Virus record (IMG/VR): IMGVR_UViG_3300017963_000189
Source: a virus
Taxonomy: Duplodnaviria; Caudoviricetes
DNA length: 64,000 bases
Reading direction: 5' to 3' (one strand)
Part shown: piece by piece, positions 56,301 through 64,000 of the stretch
Layout: every line of letters starts with the position of its first letter
Numbering within the stretch: position 1 is the stretch's first letter
Position numbers and translations under genes: made by a program
Notes under the pieces: model-generated
Seen by the model: only the letters and a program-made list of their open reading frames with translations
What the model was told of the DNA's origin: nothing
The model's database searches: none

Positions 56301-56536
56301 TTGAATAACTCAAATGTCAAATCAACTAACTCAGGTGACATTTCTAACTTAGCATGTACGATGTCACCAGCTAAAACAACTACTGCATTCTCGGTGTCCT
56401 TTTGTACTTCATAATACAATCTTTCAAATACTTGTCGATATTCCTTGTGACGCCTGACATTACGTATATGAATGTCCGCCGTATGATAAATGGTTTTCAA
56501 CTCGTCGAAGTTTACCGGTATCTTGTCTTTCATCAT
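53369..56536 (-). CDS. Fused SbcD/Mre11 nuclease and SbcC/Rad50 ATPase (gp47-gp46-like)
   Basis: ADIHIR, AGDIVH, AGNHD, YHG, LGDIH phosphoesterase motifs; APNASGKS Walker A, coiled coil, CNVC hook, ISGMERF signature, VIDEGFGSLD and IISH. Confidence 0.92.
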   Translation of the reverse strand: MMKDKIPVNFDELKTIYHTADIHIRNVRRHKEYRQVFERLYYEVQKDTENAVVVLAGDIVHAKLEMSPELVDLTFELFKRLTNIIPTIVIAGNHDCNLNNMSRMDTLTSIVKNLDSHNLFYLKHSGVYDIANTKFVVMSVFDKVENFISADQVEGDSTKIALYHGTIHQAVADTGFKLHNDKVKQDIFKGYDIVLLGDIHKHQYMNKQKTMAFPGSLIQQNHGEDDNKGILKWDVSKRKAEFIKVHNDYGYRTLFIDKGVIPDIQGLPEKARLRLKIKDTLPSRITEIMTVIRKQYPHIHEVSEVKIHDLLNKNGSSVLKKIDIGDVRDINFQNELIREFLEKKHFLDESTITKIFEINTELNGKLPPRDIARNVVWKPQTFTFSNLFSYGDGNKVDFTNLKGVVGLFAPNASGKSNFIESLSFTIFDKSARAWKAKNALNSKRDNFDSKFEFDIDDKIYRIKRKATTNKRGMVNVKTDFSVRMLNGERKSLNGDRRSSTNASIRSYLGDYDDFQTTALIPQFISNHKNFTTMKQSDRKEHLANFLDFNVFGQLYDLAFEAVRETNAVLKDFERREFSKELSGAELSLKKHNKEYKERTARKKEYDKLYKQINNEIKKLTSKLVRFDSISDIEGLRRKRINLGTDIETYEQEIVEIKEKINNLKEEIKENKTLLKDIDSDIVEKYELIMEIKKHRHEAKHDFDKYKIKVESKTKELGDFAKIQYNDECNVCGDNKVFVNSKLEEDDIEENRMIMKTFEDKISEFDKMLEKGSYVETKYTHYNQLNGNINAYSMELSDEEKSKFSRESSLKEAKIELKDVEKSIKTYEKNEKTIKKNRETQDKIDDWESKLVVVENGISEINQEIMDIHAKIKVYEDQIKKINKEIDYVKDLEQRSTAYRFYMEAVEKNGIPLDLMERILPVVESEVNNILSQMVDFGIILGVDVDDKDIYGKIVYSEEDVWPIELISGMERFIVNVAIRVALIGVSSLPRPNFLVIDEGFGSLDADNANNLYMLFDYLKTQFDFVLIISHLDYVKDMVDSALEIKKENGFSKIVN

Positions 56537-57419
56537 ATTCCTTTACCACTCCTATAATTATTCGTTCAAATGTATCTCCCATAATCTCTAATGATAAGTT
56601 TTCCTCTATCAATCGTTTATTTATTTTTCCTTGTCGCCAGTCATATTTTTGTATTAGATTTTGTAAACCATTCAAATCATATTTACATTGTGTATACCAA
56701 CCTGAACAATTACCCCTAAGAAATTCTTTGAAATTCCATTCATTTACCCAACCGTCACAACCATTCACACCATAAACCAATGATGGGCGACCACACGCCA
56801 TTCCCTCATATATTGATCGTCCATAACCTATTACAAAATCAACCATGTTGATCGCCTCACTTACATTGGGCATCAACCTACCATGATGTAACTCTATTCC
56901 CAAATTTTCACATACAATATTTAAAGCCGTTGGTACATCACCACGATAAAGATATAACGCAGAAAATGGTTTTACACTTATACTTGTGTTTGAATAAAAT
57001 TCATTTATGTTTACTCCATTATAAACAACTTTGTCACAACCTAAATCCTCTTTTACTCTATCACTTATTCCAACATGACATTCATGTTTGTATTTTGGAA
57101 AATACCATTCTTCCATTGATCCATGACTTACAAATATAACAGGTACATTTACATTCTTTATCATATCTTCATGAATACTATAATTCAATATAATTACATC
57201 ATAATCACCAAACCATGTTCCTTTATCATCAAACATATTATTGATTATTTTTTCATAAAAGACAGTATATCCTGGCACATAATTTATTTCATTATCTTTA
57301 TCAGGTGAAATGTGAAAATGAACTTGATGTCCTTTCTTTATCAACTCATTTGATAAATCGTTAGCCCATAAATTAACACCGGTTAACCTATTATGTCCTA
57401 ATATAATCAATATTCTCAA
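56460..57419 (-). CDS. Glycosyltransferase (GT-B / GT4-like)
   Basis: MRILII, FVSHG, VVYNGV and GYGRSIYEGMACGRPSLV motifs; TTG start overlapping the primase TGA; 77-nt overlap with the next gene. Confidence 0.7.
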   Translation of the reverse strand: MRILIILGHNRLTGVNLWANDLSNELIKKGHQVHFHISPDKDNEINYVPGYTVFYEKIINNMFDDKGTWFGDYDVIILNYSIHEDMIKNVNVPVIFVSHGSMEEWYFPKYKHECHVGISDRVKEDLGCDKVVYNGVNINEFYSNTSISVKPFSALYLYRGDVPTALNIVCENLGIELHHGRLMPNVSEAINMVDFVIGYGRSIYEGMACGRPSLVYGVNGCDGWVNEWNFKEFLRGNCSGWYTQCKYDLNGLQNLIQKYDWRQGKINKRLIEENLSLEIMGDTFERIIIGVVKEYDERQDTGKLRRVENHLSYGGHSYT

Positions 57420-58378
57420 ACTAATCCTACCTTATATTTCATTAATTCAGGAAAATCCATTCTCGTAGTTTGTTGTTTTATGACCCTAACCATTTCCATA
57501 AATCCTAAATCCGCCGGGTCTTTCGCTCCAAGATTTACAACGTGTGTTTCTATTCCCTCTTTTAAAAATGTCTCAACTATTATAGCTATATTTTTCTTAG
57601 CATCTTCGTCTAAAGATATATAAATTTTTGGTGGGCGATTTGTAAGTATTTTATCGTGTAGTTTCTCCATAATCGTTTTACCAAATAACGGTATCGCGTT
57701 CCGGCGAATGGCAATCGCATCGAACACTCCCTCAACTAAAACTATTGGTATGTTCCAATTTATCATATTCTCAAACCCTATTATGTCCTTTGTTATTTCA
57801 GGATTTTTATACTTGATATATGCGTCCTCATAATAACTACGAGCAGAAAAGAAATTCAATCTATTATCTTCATCATATGATGGAATGATTATTCTATTTT
57901 TATATTCGCCTTCTTTACAAAATCCTATTTGATACTTTATTATATCTCCCCAACTTATCTTCCTCTTATTCAAATAGACGGCAGCGCGGCGAAACTCTAA
58001 ATCGTCAGGTGTCCCTGGGTAGCCCCAAATAGGTAAAAATTCTTGTGGTAAAGATAAAACTTTCTTCGTCTCGTCTTTCTTCTCAATACTATAATGTCTC
58101 TCACCTAAAATGTCGCTGAGTTCCTCAAGCTGAACCGGAGTCGCTTTGAACCTCTTGAATAACGTCCAAAGATTTTTTCCTTTCGTGTTGTCATAATCTT
58201 GACAGACCCAACACGCCCATTTGCCGAACTTCGGCGATGATCTATTTATATTGATTGACAATTTCCTCTTGTAATGATTACAAGACGGACAAAAATATAA
58301 ATAGTCGCCTTTTGATCCTTGTTTCTTGTTCGAACCTAAAAGGGATTCTAATAATTGTAATAACTTTATTTCACTCAT
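57416..58378 (-). CDS. DNA primase (zinc-binding plus TOPRIM, compact)
   Basis: CPSCNH...CWVC zinc site; RIIIP; LVEGVFDAI and LDEDA TOPRIM motifs. Confidence 0.85.
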   Translation of the reverse strand: MSEIKLLQLLESLLGSNKKQGSKGDYLYFCPSCNHYKRKLSININRSSPKFGKWACWVCQDYDNTKGKNLWTLFKRFKATPVQLEELSDILGERHYSIEKKDETKKVLSLPQEFLPIWGYPGTPDDLEFRRAAVYLNKRKISWGDIIKYQIGFCKEGEYKNRIIIPSYDEDNRLNFFSARSYYEDAYIKYKNPEITKDIIGFENMINWNIPIVLVEGVFDAIAIRRNAIPLFGKTIMEKLHDKILTNRPPKIYISLDEDAKKNIAIIVETFLKEGIETHVVNLGAKDPADLGFMEMVRVIKQQTTRMDFPELMKYKVGLV

Positions 58379-58389
58379 ATATTTTATAC

Positions 58390-58731
58390 TTATTTCTTGT
58401 TTAGTAGTTCCAATAACTTTTCAAATTCCAATACAGCATATGTCTTTGACCTATTCCGCTTAAATACTAATAATGGAATTCGACCTTCTTTTTGATTTGA
58501 TTCCGCTTGTTCTAAAGCAGACCATATAGATAATTTTTCTTGATTTTTGGCTTCAATGTCAAATGGTATCTCGTCTTCCGCTGCCGGAGATAAAATTATA
58601 TCTCTACCAGATTCGCCCATTACCGCGGTTTTTATGTCACCTTCTCGTAATGATGTGTAAGTTTCCATTAATAATTTCTTGACGGCGTCTTGTAACCGAC
58701 GACCTTTAGCTTTCGCTGAACGTGTTTTCAT
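58390..58731 (-). CDS. PD-(D/E)xK nuclease, Holliday-junction-resolvase-like
   Basis: KAKGRRLQ, GESGRDI and IEAKNQEKLSIW..LEQA motifs. Confidence 0.65.
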   Translation of the reverse strand: MKTRSAKAKGRRLQDAVKKLLMETYTSLREGDIKTAVMGESGRDIILSPAAEDEIPFDIEAKNQEKLSIWSALEQAESNQKEGRIPLLVFKRNRSKTYAVLEFEKLLELLNKK

Positions 58732-58781
58732 TCGTAAACTCCTTTGTCTTTATTATACTATTTTATGTTAGAAAAGTTCCA

Positions 58782-60128
58782 TTAAATGATGTATAACTCC
58801 ATTGGTGAAATCTTTAATCCAATGTTATTCCTTATACGAAAATAACCGGTTGATGAACCAGGTGGTATTCTAAAACTCATATGTCTACGATCATATATTT
58901 CTACTTGTCTCATATTTAATTCCGATCCCGTATCATTGATGTAACCACCAATCGTACCAAGAAATTGGCTTCCGGTTACATATATCCTATCTCCTGCAGA
59001 ACCGGTTTTTGGATTGAAATCATTTATAGTCGCTTTCTTTGATGATACACCTGGCATCCAAATAAAATCTTCACCCGATGACGCTACCAAACTTTGACTA
59101 TTTTGTACTCTTATTCTATGTGGGCTCGCATTTTCAGGTAATGTAAATCGTATATGATTATCATTTACAATCGTAAATGATCCTGTTGTTTGGTGTACCG
59201 CAACAGCAGTAACTCCAAGAAATCTACTTCCCCAAATATGAAGTATGTCGCCATATGGGGCGTATGTTGGATAAAATGTTTGGATGTTTGTATCGGCTTC
59301 CGGTTCAACATAAACTTCCTCAGGTGTTACAAATACATTATTATCAAAATCAACTAATCTTACCGGATTTGTTTGAGCACCAGCAGGAATATAAAAAGTT
59401 ATTTCGTGATTGTTATTCAATACCCATTGATTACGATTAACTATAACATTTCCTACTCTCAACCTTTTTGTATATTGAAGATTGTCGCCAAAAAGTGTTA
59501 TTGGTGTGTAATATGATCCGGTTCGAGGCACAAATCGACCAAATGTTGGCGATTGTATCTGTGTGCCAGAAATCTGCATCCAACCATCAGCTTTATCAAA
59601 CTCTTGATTGTAGTTGTATACCGTTAAAAACCCAGTCTCACTTCCACTTGGAACGCGAACCCGTATATTGTTGTTATCTAAAATTCTCAACTCTTTCGTT
59701 TTACGCCAACTAAATCCTACCTTAGCAGTTCCAAGAAAATCACTACCACTTATCCTAACTATTTGACCCTCGGAAGCAGTTAATGGGGCGAAACTATGTA
59801 TAATAGGATTTGTTTTTCTCCACCTACTTACATTCTTGGCGTCCTTTAATTCCTCTTTAGATGGAAATGGATATGAACCACTTATTTCTTCCATCAATCC
59901 ATATACTCTCGGTGTTCCTGTATAAACTCCCCATCCTTGATAATCTTCGTAATCATCCCTTTCAAGTTGATCTATATCATAATACCCTTCCTCATGATCA
60001 TCGGATATATCATCACTTCCACTATATGACCCACTTGTTATACGCCAAACATAAATGTCTCGGCGAGCCCAGTCAGGATCGCCAGGTTGTCCGTTTGGAA
60101 TAAACTGCTTTATTACCCGAAACGCCAT
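58782..60128 (-). CDS. Virion protein with four IPT/TIG (Ig-like) repeats
   Basis: Start at 60128 (MAFRVIKQ, AGGGGAG SD). Four I..F.P..G..G..I.I.G..F.G repeats. Confidence 0.75.
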   Translation of the reverse strand: MAFRVIKQFIPNGQPGDPDWARRDIYVWRITSGSYSGSDDISDDHEEGYYDIDQLERDDYEDYQGWGVYTGTPRVYGLMEEISGSYPFPSKEELKDAKNVSRWRKTNPIIHSFAPLTASEGQIVRISGSDFLGTAKVGFSWRKTKELRILDNNNIRVRVPSGSETGFLTVYNYNQEFDKADGWMQISGTQIQSPTFGRFVPRTGSYYTPITLFGDNLQYTKRLRVGNVIVNRNQWVLNNNHEITFYIPAGAQTNPVRLVDFDNNVFVTPEEVYVEPEADTNIQTFYPTYAPYGDILHIWGSRFLGVTAVAVHQTTGSFTIVNDNHIRFTLPENASPHRIRVQNSQSLVASSGEDFIWMPGVSSKKATINDFNPKTGSAGDRIYVTGSQFLGTIGGYINDTGSELNMRQVEIYDRRHMSFRIPPGSSTGYFRIRNNIGLKISPMELYII

Positions 60129-60141
60129 ATCGTAACTCCCC

Positions 60142-61119
60142 TTACCAATCAAGTCTCACTACAAATGTTATCGCTAAATCAGGATCATTTTTTATCGGTT
60201 GAGCGGTCTTTCCAACCGCCATAAGATTTAAGTTGTCGTCATATAACCCTATTGTCGTTACATAAGAAGAAAAGTCAGAACTCGTCACATAACCTAACGG
60301 TTCTGCTAACATCAATGACCTACTTACTCTCGCACTTGGATTCATCGGCATATTAAACTCACCCGCTTTCGCTGTACAATACGCTTCTAACTCATATATC
60401 CTTTGAATCGATTTAAACTTTACGGTGTATACACTTGAGCCAGTTCCAAAATACTGATACTGGGAACCTGTACTCGTTATGACCATATTACCATGTTCGT
60501 AAAATACATTTCCTACCGTCCACGCTGATGCTGTTGCGGAAAAACTTGCTGAATTCGCATTGTCGTAAAGATTTCCCTTTCCATCGTCATATAATGTAAA
60601 TGATTGTGAAACACCAGCATATGAAGCAGAAACTTGTTCAATGTGTATCGTTCCCGGTTTCATACCATCACCAAAGCGTTCCTGTGGCACGGACACAACA
60701 ACCGCACGATCACCTAACATTTTATATACATTGAGACTGTTTGGCCCGAAGTTTTTGAATGGTTCAAAATATTTCACTACAACAGCAGAACCGGTCGTAA
60801 AATCTTGACTTCCTATTTGATGTAGTTTATCTTTTACTTGTAAACTCGTGTCAGGACGATATACAGATGAGCCAGTAAAACTTACTATACTTGTCTCATT
60901 ATAGTACATATGTTTTATACTATCGTAAAGTGTCCTTGTAGGAATAACAGAACCACTTACCACTCCATCAACCGAAGGCGTATACCAACTTCCGGTACGC
61001 TGGAACGCACTTCTTACTTGTACTATATCCGTATCATCTTGAGTGAATGTCCATAATTTATTCGCCTCAAACTCACGAAAACTAACATTATCAGGTGGTA
61101 ATTCTTTATACGCGCTCAT
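60142..61119 (-). CDS. Putative baseplate/tail protein
   Basis: C-terminal YVTTIGLYDDNLNLMAVGKTAQPIKN...VRLDW, paralogous to the C-terminus of 62020..63312. Confidence 0.55.
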   Translation of the reverse strand: MSAYKELPPDNVSFREFEANKLWTFTQDDTDIVQVRSAFQRTGSWYTPSVDGVVSGSVIPTRTLYDSIKHMYYNETSIVSFTGSSVYRPDTSLQVKDKLHQIGSQDFTTGSAVVVKYFEPFKNFGPNSLNVYKMLGDRAVVVSVPQERFGDGMKPGTIHIEQVSASYAGVSQSFTLYDDGKGNLYDNANSASFSATASAWTVGNVFYEHGNMVITSTGSQYQYFGTGSSVYTVKFKSIQRIYELEAYCTAKAGEFNMPMNPSARVSRSLMLAEPLGYVTSSDFSSYVTTIGLYDDNLNLMAVGKTAQPIKNDPDLAITFVVRLDW

Positions 61120-61915
61120 TTATTCTCTCTATAATTAAATTAGGATTTTTCTTAACTTCACTTTCCCATATTCGTATAACTTCAAATCCGTTTTCCATCG
61201 CAAGTTGTTCCTTAAACTTATCATTTTCTTTAACTTCATTTACCCCTTTAAAATAATCATGTTTATGTCCAGGACCACCATGCCAATAATCTCCATCTAC
61301 TTCTATAAATAGTTTCTTATTTTTTATTTTGAAATCAAATGACTTACAAATACCGCCCCTCGTTAAAAAATATTGAAAATGATACTCTATACTATTTTTC
61401 GCCAATTCGTCGGCAACCATTTTTTCAACACTATTCATTTCTTTATGAGAAAATATTTTTTTAATAACTTCAGGTGAATGTGTTTTTCCTTGCATTGGAT
61501 TTATGTAATCCGGTTGTTGAGCTCGTTTTAATGCGGATTTACTCATATTATTACGTGCGTTTATTGTATTTTTCAAACCGATTCGCCAATGTCCTTCTTT
61601 TTCTATTTTATCTTTATGTGTTTTACTTATTTTTTCTTTTGATTTTTTTGATAATTTAGCTCCATATCGAGGCGCCTTTTCACCAACTAAAATTGTTTTT
61701 CTATATTCATTACTACACTTCATCGAACAAGTTTTATGACCTTTTACTATCGTCTCACAAATTCTACATCTATACCAATTATTAAAATCATTTGGAAATT
61801 GATCTATAAACTTTTCTACATATTGAATATATAACATTTGATGTTGTGATTTTATATGCCATCCAATAGCCTTGTTACCAATTTCTTTCCCACATATTCT
61901 ACATATTCTTTTCAT
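61106..61915 (-). mobile_element. Free-standing homing endonuclease gene (zinc finger, NUMOD3-like repeats, DUF559/Vsr-like nuclease)
   Basis: CRICG and CRIC...CSMKC; KLSKKSKEKIS and GKTHSPEVIKKI; FDF.I...FIEVDGDYWHG...ND..K...A...GF.VIRIWE. Confidence 0.8.
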
Positions 61916-61924
61916 AATAAAAAA

Positions 61925-61956
61925 CCGCCTTTCTATATATAAATATAAAAAAGCGG
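61925..61956 (-). promoter_or_regulatory. Hairpin sequestering the HEG ribosome-binding site, with TATATTTATAT motif (61937-61947) in its loop
   Basis: Minus strand CCGCTTTTT...GAAAGGCGG (9 bp, 2 G-U); GGCGG lies 9 nt upstream of the ATG at 61915. Confidence 0.6.
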
Positions 61957-62019
61957 AATTTTTAATATATTCTATCTTTATTTTTAATAAAACAACACAA
62001 CTACAATAAAAACAATGTG

Positions 62020-63312
62020 CTAATAGTCAAGCTTCACCTTGATTAGCGCCTCGCGATCAAATGACTTCAATAATGGAACACTTACTTTAGCGACCGCAAG
62101 AAGTTCATTAGATTCATTATAAAGACCAACCGTAGTAATATATGAATGTGGATCACCAATAAATGTAGGTACTTTTAATGTACCATCAGATGATGTATAA
62201 TAAGTTGGATTATTACTTAAATTATAGTCTTTATTCTTTATTCTTACAAAATAATTCGTTGATGTTATTACTTCCTCGTTTCTCGCCGTAAAATATGAAG
62301 CAGATTTGATCATTTCATATAACTTGAAATGATTGTCGGCTAATGTAGTTGACGCAGAACCGGTCGAAACAAACGATCCCATATGTGCTTCTAATGCGTT
62401 TGGATTGAGAATAATAAGTCCACGATCAGGATAAAATAATCCATATCCACCGGACGCTTCACTTGCAGCATCCTTGTAAACAGTCGCTGTAGCACCAACA
62501 TTCAAACTACCACTAACTACATTAAAAAGTCGTCCACCTTGAGATACCGCTTGATCAAATTTTTGAGCACTATCATCAATCAAACGAATCACAGTACTAT
62601 TATTCGCTAAACTGGCTTGCAATCTCAATTCCCAATTACCCGCATCCATTTTTTGTTTCAAACGAGCACGTTGTAAATTAATTACAAAAATTTGATCACT
62701 ATCCCAACTATTGGCGAAAGTAAAAGTTTCATCTTCAGGATCAAGTAACATATTTCTATATTGAGAATAAATAGCTTTTGTTGGTTCTTTTGATGTGTCC
62801 AATACACTTATTCTTGGAGCACCACCACCATTTTGATGTCCATACGCAACAGCAAATTGAACTTCAGCACTCGCAGATATATTTGGATCAAGATTATAAA
62901 TATCATAATACCAATCACCAGTACTTGAAGATTGAGCAGTAGAACGATAAAATTGAATCAAACTACCAGTATCACCGGTCCACATACCGGTTGTTGTTCG
63001 ACGGCTCATATTCTCAACAATATCTTCGCCACCAAAATCGGTATACACTTTCAACGTTGTTGTTGGACGCACTTCTCTCGGAGGAGTAGTTATCGGTCTT
63101 GCTTCCATTGCCCTATTTATAATTTCAGTCCAATATTGTTCAGGAACACCTGCTCCATCCAACACACTTCGTGCTTCCGACGAATCAGTTATATTATTAG
63201 CTTGTAAAATACTTACTGCCGAATCTACTTTTTGCGCGGGTGATATGGGCGCTCTACGCCACATCATACCTATTTGTCTTTCCGCACTTCTTCTTTGCGT
63301 TGCTGTTGCCAT
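62020..63312 (-). CDS. Putative baseplate/tail protein
   Basis: FVRIKNKDYNLSNNPT...YITTVGLYNESNELLAVAK...IKVKLDY; AGGAGA SD. Confidence 0.55.
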   Translation of the reverse strand: MATATQRRSAERQIGMMWRRAPISPAQKVDSAVSILQANNITDSSEARSVLDGAGVPEQYWTEIINRAMEARPITTPPREVRPTTTLKVYTDFGGEDIVENMSRRTTTGMWTGDTGSLIQFYRSTAQSSSTGDWYYDIYNLDPNISASAEVQFAVAYGHQNGGGAPRISVLDTSKEPTKAIYSQYRNMLLDPEDETFTFANSWDSDQIFVINLQRARLKQKMDAGNWELRLQASLANNSTVIRLIDDSAQKFDQAVSQGGRLFNVVSGSLNVGATATVYKDAASEASGGYGLFYPDRGLIILNPNALEAHMGSFVSTGSASTTLADNHFKLYEMIKSASYFTARNEEVITSTNYFVRIKNKDYNLSNNPTYYTSSDGTLKVPTFIGDPHSYITTVGLYNESNELLAVAKVSVPLLKSFDREALIKVKLDY

Positions 63313-63351
63313 TTTATTATTCTCCTATATATTTCTTTTTACGAATAACTA

Positions 63352-64000
63352 TTAACTTTTACCGTATATTCTATCACGATAAATAGTAATAGGAATAGTT
63401 CTCGTCGCACCCGTATCATTACCAATTATCGTTACGTTTGTTTTTACAAATGTACTTGTATACGCAGTAACGTCTTTACTAATAAGAGTAAATGACTTAC
63501 CAACTTTTACAAGAGATTGATTCAATTCATCGTCACGTAGAAATGATGGAATTGCAGGTACAACAGATTGATCTACCGTAGATTTCACTTGTAAGTCAAG
63601 ATAATTTGAATTTTCCACAATAGCAGTATATCCAAAAGTATCTGCTTCATAAAATCTCGTTTTAGGTTGAATAAGAACTTCGTCACCTTCCTTACCAAGT
63701 TGAATAGTAGAAAATCCAACAGTAAGAAGCGGCATTTTCGTAGTTGTCTTTGGTAGAGTTACAAGTTTGTATCTCATGATTTGTGTTTCGTCAGGTGTCG
63801 CCTCAATCACTGGCATATTTTCAATGATCGTTCCATAATAATTCGTTCCCAATGGATGATCGGCTTGCCATAAACCATAATCAACTTCATCATCAGCAAG
63901 AGCAAACTTTGAAATGTTAATAGTTCCACCTTTTGATAAAATTTCTCTACCTTTTTTAGTTAAGATAGCTTCAACCGTTACAGTTGTATTATCTAAATAT
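63352..64000 (-). CDS. Putative baseplate/tail protein, partial (start lies beyond right edge)
   Basis: Frame is open from 63999: YLDNTTVTVEAILTKKGRE.L...KFALADDEVDY; the track's ATG at 63852 is internal. Confidence 0.6.
   Translation of the reverse strand, partial: YLDNTTVTVEAILTKKGREILSKGGTINISKFALADDEVDYGLWQADHPLGTNYYGTIIENMPVIEATPDETQIMRYKLVTLPKTTTKMPLLTVGFSTIQLGKEGDEVLIQPKTRFYEADTFGYTAIVENSNYLDLQVKSTVDQSVVPAIPSFLRDDELNQSLVKVGKSFTLISKDVTAYTSTFVKTNVTIIGNDTGATRTIPITIYRDRIYGKS

Noticed and set aside
58752-58780. Possible sigma70 or middle promoter (TATAAT at 58752-58757) upstream of the resolvase-primase operon
   Set aside because: No credible -35 or extended -10; TATAAT alone is too likely by chance in AT-rich DNA, and alignment with a similar site at 7091 was unconvincing.
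510-63207. Dozens of plus-strand ORFs of 60-190 aa in the track
   Set aside because: All except 6100..6414 lie antisense to long minus-strand genes, lack recognisable motifs and have shadow-frame composition (rich in F/L/S/I or H/L/Q).
1-64000. Stop-codon reassignment (code 15 or 4), as in some jumbo phages
   Set aside because: Core genes are intact and densely packed under the standard code; TAA, TGA and TAG all end genes (for example TAG at 48036 and 62020, TGA at 45578).
1-64000. tRNA genes, CRISPR arrays, rRNA, DGR repeats
   Set aside because: Intergenic gaps are at most about 200 nt and are explained by promoters, terminators and leaders; no cloverleaf, spacer array or reverse transcriptase was seen.

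Overview
AT-rich (roughly one-third GC by eye), densely coding fragment of a large T4-like myovirus/jumbo phage genome. Every supported gene but one is on the minus strand. In minus-strand reading order it holds baseplate/tail genes with a free-standing homing endonuclease, a short DNA-metabolism block (resolvase-like nuclease, primase, glycosyltransferase, fused SbcD-SbcC), a large tail fibre with a peptidase-S74 chaperone, a Hint-domain protein and an M15 endolysin. The head module follows: terminase, gp68-like core protein, portal, prohead protease, phage ribosomal protein bS21, scaffold, major capsid, then neck/tail-completion genes. The main unexplained structure is that about 25 non-core proteins among the head genes share three classes of short amphipathic leader ending in a T4 gp21-type (L/I/V)-x-E site. 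The same motifs recur internally between modules of several polyproteins. Leader-bearing proteins include a CCA-adding enzyme, a RelA/SpoT-type HD hydrolase, a P-loop kinase, a HAD phosphatase, an ART-like domain and a ParB / nucleotidyltransferase / KxDG-ligase-like polyprotein. I infer a capsid cargo-loading system that may deliver a pre-packaged tRNA-repair / counter-defence kit. Also seen: a recurrent TATATTTATAT upstream motif (reverse complement of the T4 late promoter), SD-sequestering stems at both nuclease genes, a structured scaffold-operon leader, and a sigma70-driven island with a DMP19-like DNA mimic. All family assignments come from recalled motifs, with no database search. The host cannot be assigned. 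No tRNA, rRNA or CRISPR array was seen.
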